64,000 bases of DNA from Deltaproteobacteria bacterium (GTDB lineage Bacteria; Desulfobacterota; DSM-4660; Desulfatiglandales; HGW-15), in NCBI GenBank assembly GCA_016930835.1, contig JAFGGA010000204.1:10783-74782 (forward strand), given 5' to 3'. Positions 30,541 through 37,927 of the stretch are shown here, piece after piece (positions within the stretch are counted from its first letter, which is position 1; each line of letters opens with the position of its first letter). Below the pieces are notes generated by a model. That model was given only the letters and a program-made list of their open reading frames with translations. It was not told where the DNA came from and searched no databases. Made by a program: the position numbers and the translations under genes.

Positions 30541-32237
30541 ATATCCTTGTGATTCAGACATCTCGTTTTGGCGATCTTCTGCAAACAACCCCCATGCTTC
30601 ACGCGTTGAGGGTACGATATCCAGACGCCTCCATCAGCGTTCTATCCAGGTATAATGTAATGGAGATCTATCAAGACAATCCGGATTTGGATCATCTGGA
30701 GTTATTCAATATCGAAGAATATACCCGCCGTCTGATGAGCGCCCCCCAAAACATCTTCGACGCATATATTGAACTACGCGAAGCCGTGGATCATTTAAAG
30801 GCCATGAACTTCGATATGGTGATCAACGTAACCCACGACCGGTTCAGTACCTTTTTGACTCATCTTATCACATCATCCCGAATAAAAGGGATGTATTTGT
30901 CTCCAAACAAAAAACTACACATCAAGATCAACGGCCTGTGGTTTCAATACCTACGATGCACATCCAATTTTCGGATGGTTGCCTCATTTAATTTGGCGGA
31001 TATCTATAAAAACGCTGTGGGGGGCTCAATAGAAACGCAACGGCTCTTTTTCCATATATCGAAAGATTCGATATCAAAGGCCGATACCCTTCTGGGCCCA
31101 ACCATAAAGGATGCGGAATCTTTTCGCTATATCGGATTTCAGTTGGGGACCAGCACGGGCAATAGACGCTGGCCCAGTGAATATTTCATTGAACTGGGTA
31201 ACCGGCTTCAGAATGAGATGAACACGAAAATTGTCTTACTGGGAAGCAAAGATGAAAAAAAAATCGGGGAGAAGGTCATTGAGGGCATGACTGAAAAACC
31301 CATTGATCTGATCGGTGAGACGAATATATCGGTTCTCGCATCAATATTGAATAGATGCGCGCTACTGGTCACCAATGATACAGGGACCATGCACTTGGCA
31401 GCGGCCGTGGGAACGCCTTGTATCGCCCTATTCTTCGAAAGCGCCAATCCCTTTCAGACCGGTCCTTATGGGGAAGGGCATATTATTTGTTCACCGGACC
31501 TGGATTGTTTTCCCTGTCCAACCACCTTTGAATGCAATGACAAGAGATGTCTCCACCGAATTCCCGTTGAGACGGTTTATCGATTGATTCAAGACAGACT
31601 GGGAAAAAATCCTTCCTTTCAGATTCCTCAACCCATTGGAATGCGTATGTTCAAAACGCGATTTGACCCGTTAGGTGTGTGGGACGCCTGGCCCGTGGGA
31701 AGATTGAATCTAAAAAAGAAGGATATCATCAGGCGGCTATATCGACATATGTGGCTTCGATTCGCATGCCGATCTCGCGAATGGAACGTGGGCTCGACAG
31801 AACCCGTTTTACAAGATGAATTGAAAAACGACCTAAGGCAGTGGTCGCAAAATTACTTCCTGAAAGATCCGGAGATCCAAAAATGGCTTAGTGACTTTCA
31901 AGAAGGCTTGGAAACCTTGACCGGGATTGTAGACAGAGGTCTCGGCCTTATAAAGGCGATGGTTTTATCCATTCAAAATGTATCACTGGCCCCTGCATAT
32001 ATAAAAAAACAATCCGATATCCTTGGAGTATTGGAAAAAAAAATCATTCAATCCGGTCAGGATGATCTTTTCGTCGGTCAATTAACGAATCTTTTTCAAC
32101 TCGAATTGGAGCAGATTCATGATGCCCCTTTCTTGATCATGCTGAATGCCTGGAAGCAGGTATATGATAATTTAGGAACCAGGATGAGGATACTCGAAGA
32201 AGAGATCCGGCTGATGAGGGAAGCCTTGGGCTGTTGA
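30537..32237 (+). CDS. GT9 heptosyltransferase-like protein with long helical C-terminal domain
   Basis: RFGDLLQT, RRWP, DLIGET, TNDTGTMHLAAAVG, CFPC..C..C; GTGA overlap. Confidence 0.9.
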   Translation: MNILVIQTSRFGDLLQTTPMLHALRVRYPDASISVLSRYNVMEIYQDNPDLDHLELFNIEEYTRRLMSAPQNIFDAYIELREAVDHLKAMNFDMVINVTHDRFSTFLTHLITSSRIKGMYLSPNKKLHIKINGLWFQYLRCTSNFRMVASFNLADIYKNAVGGSIETQRLFFHISKDSISKADTLLGPTIKDAESFRYIGFQLGTSTGNRRWPSEYFIELGNRLQNEMNTKIVLLGSKDEKKIGEKVIEGMTEKPIDLIGETNISVLASILNRCALLVTNDTGTMHLAAAVGTPCIALFFESANPFQTGPYGEGHIICSPDLDCFPCPTTFECNDKRCLHRIPVETVYRLIQDRLGKNPSFQIPQPIGMRMFKTRFDPLGVWDAWPVGRLNLKKKDIIRRLYRHMWLRFACRSREWNVGSTEPVLQDELKNDLRQWSQNYFLKDPEIQKWLSDFQEGLETLTGIVDRGLGLIKAMVLSIQNVSLAPAYIKKQSDILGVLEKKIIQSGQDDLFVGQLTNLFQLELEQIHDAPFLIMLNAWKQVYDNLGTRMRILEEEIRLMREALGC

Positions 32238-32259
32238 AATCCACCGTGACGTTCATCCT

Positions 32260-32294
32260 TACCCTTTGCGCCAAGCGCCATACGGCTTGCACTT
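32260..32294 (+). repeat. C-rich heptamer array (5 units) before a start codon
   Basis: taccctt tgcgcca agcgcca tacggct tgcactt. Confidence 0.8.
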
Positions 32295-32313
32295 TTTTTA
32301 AAGAATCATTTCA

Positions 32314-34149
32314 ATGATCCATACCAACCCCACCATATCCGCCATCATGATCGTCAGGGATGAAGAAACCAATCTTGCCCGCTGCCTCAGCAGCATCAGG
32401 GATCAAGTGGATGAAATCATCATTGTGGATACGGGCTCAACGGATGCGACCATGGATATCGCGAAAAAATACGGGGCCAAAATCTTTGAACATCCATGGG
32501 AAAACGATTTCAGCAAACATCGTAATCAATCCGTAGGATATGCAAACAGTGATTGGCTTTTTCAAATAGATGCTGATGAAGAACTCATTCTGGGGGATGG
32601 ATCTACACTAAGGGAGACCGTAAAAGCCTGCGATGACGTGGACGCTATTCTTATCACGCTGGAAAGCAGATGGGAAAACGGTCTTCAATCGATCCACAAC
32701 ACCATACGCATTTTCAGAAATCTGCCGCATATCCGTTACAAAGGGCGAGTCCATAATGAAGTGGTCGGAGTACGTACCGGCAAATATGTACCATTGCGTC
32801 TTTTTCATTACGGCTATGATGTGGATGAGGCCACATTTGAGAGAAAGTTCCATCGGACCGTCAATATCCTGCTCCAAGACGTCAAAGACGACCCGAAAAA
32901 TCCAAGGGCCCATCACTACCTTGGAATTTCTTACCTGAGTAAAAATATGTACGACGAGGCTATTCAATCAGCGGAAACAGCTATTTCCCTTTGCCGTGAT
33001 CAGGGGAATCTCAGTGACCTCTATTCGGGTTCTTATTATGTGGCTTCTGTCGCCCATATGCGACAAGGGAATCGGGACAAAGCGGAATATTGGGCAAAAG
33101 AGGCCCTCCAATCCTATCCTATTCATCTTGATTCCCTATTCGTGCTCTCCGAGGTCTATTACCAGAAGCGAGATTTGCCTTTATTCTATCAATATACCAA
33201 CCAATATTTGGATCTGCTCAAAGAGCTTGAGGAGAGTGGTGAGCGTTTTGGTACCTATATATTCCAAACCACCGGATTTAGATGGCTGGCTTATCTTTAT
33301 CGGGCATGTATCCAGATGGATCAAGGCATTTTGGAAAGGGCTGCTCAAGAGCTTGAAAACGCCCTGAATCTGGCACCGGACAAAAGCCATTTCCATCATC
33401 TCTTGGCGGGATATTACCTGCAAAATCATCAGATTGAAAAGTCGGCCCTAGAGTTTGAAAAGGCCCTGGAAGAATCACCGGATAACATTGAAGTGTTGTG
33501 GGATTTTTCTCAACTCCGAAAAAAAAGAGACGAGTATGGGAGTGCAAAAGAACTGTTTGAGAGGATCCTAACGATCCAGCCTCTTCACAAACAAGCCCTT
33601 TTTGAAATGGGAAACGAGCATCTGAAGAGCCTTCAATTGGAGTCGGCCATTGAGTATTACCAACGCGTCCTTGAGATAGATAATCAACACATTTCTACCA
33701 AGATGAACATGGCCTTGGCACTCCGAAAGATGGGGCAATTTGACGCATCCATCCGGTATTCACTCGATGTTATCAAAGAAAAGCCCTCTTCTTTGGAGGC
33801 CCTTTCAAACCTGGCCTATGCTTATTACGGACAAGGAAATGACAAAATGGCCGCTACATACTTCATGAAAATTTCGAAATTCCACCCCGATCAACCAGAT
33901 CCCCATGTATATCTGGCGCTTATCTTTCTGAGTAACAACGATTTGGAGTCTTGCGTCAGCTCATGTGATCACTTATTAAGTTTGTTAGGCCTTGAAAGAA
34001 ACCTGGTCCTGGATTCATTCAGCGACCTGGGGGATAGATTCTTCAGCATCGCTCAAAAGCTTTCCGGCCTGAACCAGTCTCATCTTTCCAGTATTTGTCT
34101 TCAAATCGGGCAAATCCTTGCCGATGCTGATTCTCCCGCTCACATCTGA
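32314..34149 (+). CDS. GT2 + TPR glycosyltransferase
   Basis: MIVRDEE, VDTGSTD, HPWENDFSKHRN, IDADE, VHNE, HYGY, TPRs. Confidence 0.92.
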   Translation: MIHTNPTISAIMIVRDEETNLARCLSSIRDQVDEIIIVDTGSTDATMDIAKKYGAKIFEHPWENDFSKHRNQSVGYANSDWLFQIDADEELILGDGSTLRETVKACDDVDAILITLESRWENGLQSIHNTIRIFRNLPHIRYKGRVHNEVVGVRTGKYVPLRLFHYGYDVDEATFERKFHRTVNILLQDVKDDPKNPRAHHYLGISYLSKNMYDEAIQSAETAISLCRDQGNLSDLYSGSYYVASVAHMRQGNRDKAEYWAKEALQSYPIHLDSLFVLSEVYYQKRDLPLFYQYTNQYLDLLKELEESGERFGTYIFQTTGFRWLAYLYRACIQMDQGILERAAQELENALNLAPDKSHFHHLLAGYYLQNHQIEKSALEFEKALEESPDNIEVLWDFSQLRKKRDEYGSAKELFERILTIQPLHKQALFEMGNEHLKSLQLESAIEYYQRVLEIDNQHISTKMNMALALRKMGQFDASIRYSLDVIKEKPSSLEALSNLAYAYYGQGNDKMAATYFMKISKFHPDQPDPHVYLALIFLSNNDLESCVSSCDHLLSLLGLERNLVLDSFSDLGDRFFSIAQKLSGLNQSHLSSICLQIGQILADADSPAHI

Positions 34150-34195
34150 AAGACCATCCCATTGTCTTCTTTCCTTTGCTTGGATGCTATTCGCA

Positions 34196-34298
34196 GGCCG
34201 GCATTTTATATGCCGCCGTAATGGCGGTCGGTTGCAGGACAGCAACCCGGTCATCAAAATACCGTTCCATCAAGGCCGGATGTAAAATCCAACCTTAC
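34196..34298. repeat. Degenerate REP pair (TATAAAA-loop family)
   Basis: cggca ttttata tgccg (within 34196-34217) and ggccgga tgtaaaa tccaaccttac (34274-34298). Confidence 0.6.
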
Positions 34299-34354
34299 GA
34301 AAAACCAACCTGCCGAACGTTCTGAAATAAACGCGTATACCATGATATTTTTAT

Positions 34355-34382
34355 TAAAGTTTTCCTCCCGACAGGTCGATGA
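34355..34382 (+). promoter_or_regulatory. Sigma28 (FliA) promoter of fliC
   Basis: TAAAGTTT-N12-GTCGATGA versus consensus TAAA-N15/16-GCCGATAA. Confidence 0.8.
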
Positions 34383-34482
34383 GGTATGTGAATGTGAGAT
34401 CAAGGAAGGAGGTGAACGGGAGTCAAAGCAAGTCCTTTACAGAAAAGGACGCATAATTGGATCATTTGATCCATTTTCACCC

Positions 34483-34498
34483 CCGGCAAGGATGCCGG
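34483..34498 (+). promoter_or_regulatory. CsrA-type GGA-loop hairpin in the fliC leader
   Basis: CCGGCA-AGGA-TGCCGG, plus a second GGA in the SD (CAAGGAGGA). Confidence 0.7.
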
Positions 34499-34555
34499 AC
34501 AAACATTAAACCTTATCAAAACAAAATACATTAAAAATCAAGGAGGATTTTTACT

Positions 34556-35677
34556 ATGGGATTAAGAATTCAAAACAACATTTCGGCGATGAACGCTCAC
34601 AGACAATTGAGCATTGCCGACTCATCTCTTGCGAAATCACTGGAAAGATTATCATCCGGTTATCGGATCAACAGCGGCGCGGACGACGCGGCCGGTCTGG
34701 CCATTTCAAACAGCATGCGTGCGGATATCGCCAGTTTTAAAGTGGCTTCAAGGAACACCTCCGAGGCCAACGCCCTCTTGCAGGTGGCCGGTGGCGCATT
34801 GTCACAGGTTTCATCCATGCTTACCCGTTTGAAAGAGCTGGCCACCCAGGCCTCTTCCGCGAACGCCAACTCCAACCTGACCAAGATCAACGACGAGGCC
34901 GCAAAGGTTATCGCGGAAATCGACCGGATCGCCGATTCCACGGAATATGCGGATACAATGCTCATCAACGGTACTTTCGGTGTATCCATCTCCGGTTGCT
35001 CTTCCGTCGTGAATTCCGCCAGTGGTTACAGCGGTGTCTCCGGAATGAAACAGGCTGGCAAGTACACCTTCACCACGGATGCCGGCGCCACCACCATCAC
35101 ATTGACCCATGCAGGCGGTTCAGAGGCTGTTTACGGCGTCAGCGCTCCCACGACAGGGACCCAAAGTGATGTCTACTTCTCTTCCGTCGGTATCACCCTT
35201 AAGATCAACAGCGGTTTCACGGGAACATCCGACTTCACCATCACGGCTTCCGCCTCGGGTAGCGCCGACTTCCAGGTGGGCGCCGAGAATACGGCCGACA
35301 ACCGGATCGCCGTGTCATTGGGTAACGCCACCAAAGAGAAACTCGGAACCACGGCCGGCAGCTCAGCTTTGACGGATATCGATCTGACCAGCGCGGCAAA
35401 AGCCCAATCGGCCCTTGACTACATTGACGATGCCATCTCGGATATCTCCAAGGTCCAGGGCGATGTCGGCGCCTACCAGAACAGGCTCTCCTTCGCGGCA
35501 CTGAACTTGGCCACCACAACGGAGAATATGCAGGCCGCCGAATCGGTCATCCGCGACGTGGATATGGCTGCTGAAATGACAACCTTCACCAAGAACCAGA
35601 TCCTCATGCAGGCCGGTACAGCCATGTTGGCCCAGGCGAATATGGCCCCGCAGCAGGTATTGTCTCTGTTCGGATAA
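34556..35677 (+). CDS. fliC: Flagellin
   Basis: LRIQNNISA..LERLSSGYRINSGADDAAGLAIS; C-terminal IRDVDMAAEM..QILMQAGTAMLAQAN; strong SD. Confidence 0.99.
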   Translation: MGLRIQNNISAMNAHRQLSIADSSLAKSLERLSSGYRINSGADDAAGLAISNSMRADIASFKVASRNTSEANALLQVAGGALSQVSSMLTRLKELATQASSANANSNLTKINDEAAKVIAEIDRIADSTEYADTMLINGTFGVSISGCSSVVNSASGYSGVSGMKQAGKYTFTTDAGATTITLTHAGGSEAVYGVSAPTTGTQSDVYFSSVGITLKINSGFTGTSDFTITASASGSADFQVGAENTADNRIAVSLGNATKEKLGTTAGSSALTDIDLTSAAKAQSALDYIDDAISDISKVQGDVGAYQNRLSFAALNLATTTENMQAAESVIRDVDMAAEMTTFTKNQILMQAGTAMLAQANMAPQQVLSLFG

Positions 35678-35747
35678 AATCGTAAAGCGATTGGATAAAG
35701 CGCGACGATATCGCTTAAGGTTGAATAACGATAAACACTTTAAAAAC

Positions 35748-35779
35748 AAACCCCGCTTCTTCCAGAAGCGGGGTTTTTT
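35748..35779 (+). terminator. Rho-independent terminator of fliC
   Basis: AAACCCCGCTTCT-tcc-AGAAGCGGGGTTT followed by a T tract. Confidence 0.92.
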
Positions 35780-35780
35780 A

Positions 35781-35796
35781 TGGCACTGATATTGCA
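35781..35796 (+). promoter_or_regulatory. Sigma54 promoter
   Basis: TGGCAC-tgata-TTGCA, exact -24/-12 consensus. Confidence 0.8.
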
Positions 35797-35902
35797 GTTA
35801 AAATACTACAAGCAATATTTCACGGCCCTACTCCGCCGTTTGATATATCTAAAAAACCACACCTGTCCAAAAACGATATAGGGATACCTGTTATGGACGT
35901 TA

Positions 35903-36019
35903 TTGAAAAACAATCACTTAAACAGGCAAAAAGCTCGAATCGAATCTATTCTGGAAACCAATGAAAACAAACCTTGCTGGAGGCCTTATCAACGGGGGTC
36001 CGTGCAGGTCTATGGCTGA
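35903..36019 (+). pseudogene. 38-codon remnant paralogous to the N-terminus of the FkbM gene at 1987
   Basis: MKNNHLNRQKARIESILETNEN versus MKNNNLNNEKDRIKSLLDTDIN; shared CCTGTTATGGAC.TTATTG context; stop overlaps ATG 36012. Confidence 0.7.
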
Positions 36020-37823
36020 CTCCAAAAAAATCCTCATTATCCAGGAAAACGGTCGGAATGAACGGAATATGCAATTTCGAGAATGCTTTGCGCTTCAAAG
36101 GGCATTTCATTACCTGGGTACAATCGCTGATGTATGGGGAATAGGGCACGAAAATTTCCATCAACCCTTTGCAGAAATCATGCGGTATTATGATGCGGTT
36201 ATTTCCCTTGAAAATTATGACACGGGATGGCACCCAAACCTCAAGAAAGTAAAGGTCCCAAGGCTGTTCTGGTGTATTGACGCCCATATGGGGATCGAAC
36301 GATATGTGGATTTTGTCCGTCGCATCGGATTTGATATTGTTCTCAACGCGACTGAGCACTTTGTGGATACCTTTAAAAACATAGTAGATGCCAGTTTGTG
36401 GCTCCCCAATGCCTATGATAGTTTTCTGATCGATAAGATTTTCGGGGTCCGGAAAACCATCCCCATTGGTTTTTGCGGTAACGTGGTCAACCGGGGCGGA
36501 TGGATTCAACACCTGAAAAAACATTGGGATCTGGTGCACCACCAGATGGTCATTGGTCCGGATATGGTGCGTGCCGTGAATTCCTATCAGATCCATTGGA
36601 ACCGTAACGTCTCCATAGACATCAATTACAGGACCTTTGAGACCTTGGGTTGCAGGACATTCCTTCTGACCAATGAGACACCCGGCCTGAACAGACTGTT
36701 CACACCGGAAAAACACTTGGTCACCTACAAAGACAAGGATGACCTCGACCATAAAATCACCTACTATCTCAAACATCCGAAAGAGCGTGAAGCCATAGCC
36801 AGGGAAGGATACATGCATGTCCGCCGTTATCACCGGTACATCAGCCGGGCGGAGCGGATACTGGAGATACTGGGCTGCAAAACCCGGGATAAAATACAGC
36901 CCGGCACCAGAACACCCATCCGTGATATTACGGAGCAGATGATATCCGCAAAACAGTTTCTATTCCTATCAGGCGCTACAAAATCTGGAACGACCCTGTT
37001 GGCAAACGCGCTGAATCTATCGGATCGAATATCATTTTTAAAAAATATGGAAGGAAAACTGGAAGAAGGACAATGGGTACAAGATGTTTACGAATGGGGA
37101 AAAGGCAATCAAGACCTCACTGAAAAATTTCATTTCACTGAAGACCATGTCCTCACCACTGTCGATAATCGTATCCGGCTGTTCAGAACGTGGTCCCGAT
37201 ACTGGGACCTTTCAAAGCCCCTTTTAGCGGAAAAAAGCCCTCATAACGTCATCAAGACCCGTTTTCTTCAAGCACTCTTCCCCAATTCCAGGTTTATCAT
37301 CCTGGTGCGCAACGGGATCGTTCAGGCAACCGGCGAAGCCCTTCAGGAAAATAGGAATCCGCTCATCTGTTGCCAAGAATGGGTGCGAGCTTATGAAATA
37401 TTGATCAATGACCTGGGACATATTCATCAATACCTTCTGGTGCGCTATGAGGATATGACCAATAATGTGGAAGAGACATTTGAAAAATTATGTGTATTTA
37501 TCAGTATCCCCCCTATTCATGTGAATAATCGATCGTTCTACGTCCATGCCTTTCCAAATGGGGTGAAAAGACCGGATATGAACAGCATTCAAGACATGAG
37601 CAAACCCCATATCGAAAATTTTATATATAGAATCGATCATACAACCCAACAAAAGATGTTTCAGATATGCGGCCCCATCATGCAACAATTCGGTTACAGT
37701 ATCGAGATTGCCGATTACCACGAATACCTGAAGGATCAGAACCATTGCCGCCTGCTTAGGGCTTATCCGGAAAATCCCCTACCCCTACCCCCTCCAGCGA
37801 GGGGATGGGGGATTAATGGATGA
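36012..37823 (+). CDS. CgeB-like glycosyltransferase fused to a sulfotransferase domain
   Basis: GFCGN, INYRTFETLGC, HRYISRA; then GATKSGTTLL, AEKSPHN, VRYEDM; ORF track start 35961. Confidence 0.85.
   Translation: MADSKKILIIQENGRNERNMQFRECFALQRAFHYLGTIADVWGIGHENFHQPFAEIMRYYDAVISLENYDTGWHPNLKKVKVPRLFWCIDAHMGIERYVDFVRRIGFDIVLNATEHFVDTFKNIVDASLWLPNAYDSFLIDKIFGVRKTIPIGFCGNVVNRGGWIQHLKKHWDLVHHQMVIGPDMVRAVNSYQIHWNRNVSIDINYRTFETLGCRTFLLTNETPGLNRLFTPEKHLVTYKDKDDLDHKITYYLKHPKEREAIAREGYMHVRRYHRYISRAERILEILGCKTRDKIQPGTRTPIRDITEQMISAKQFLFLSGATKSGTTLLANALNLSDRISFLKNMEGKLEEGQWVQDVYEWGKGNQDLTEKFHFTEDHVLTTVDNRIRLFRTWSRYWDLSKPLLAEKSPHNVIKTRFLQALFPNSRFIILVRNGIVQATGEALQENRNPLICCQEWVRAYEILINDLGHIHQYLLVRYEDMTNNVEETFEKLCVFISIPPIHVNNRSFYVHAFPNGVKRPDMNSIQDMSKPHIENFIYRIDHTTQQKMFQICGPIMQQFGYSIEIADYHEYLKDQNHCRLLRAYPENPLPLPPPARGWGING
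37776..37811. repeat. CCCCT...AGGGG REP-like hairpin inside the 3' end of a CDS
   Basis: cccctacccctaccccctccagcgaggggatgggg, read as PLPLPPPARGWG. Confidence 0.65.
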
Positions 37824-37870
37824 ACACTAACTGCAATTCCGCTGGGAATTGTAGAATATAAAGGCTTCCC

Positions 37871-37905
37871 GGAGCCCTGCGCCATGTGCCTTGCGCCCTG
37901 CGCCT
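37871..37905 (+). repeat. C-rich heptamer array (5 units)
   Basis: ggagccc tgcgcca tgtgcct tgcgccc tgcgcct. Confidence 0.85.
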
Positions 37906-37927
37906 TTAAAAAACACGGAGGACCATC

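Noticed and set aside
35946-36833. 295-aa minus-strand ORF
   Set aside because: Antisense shadow of the well-supported GT-sulfotransferase gene; no motifs of its own
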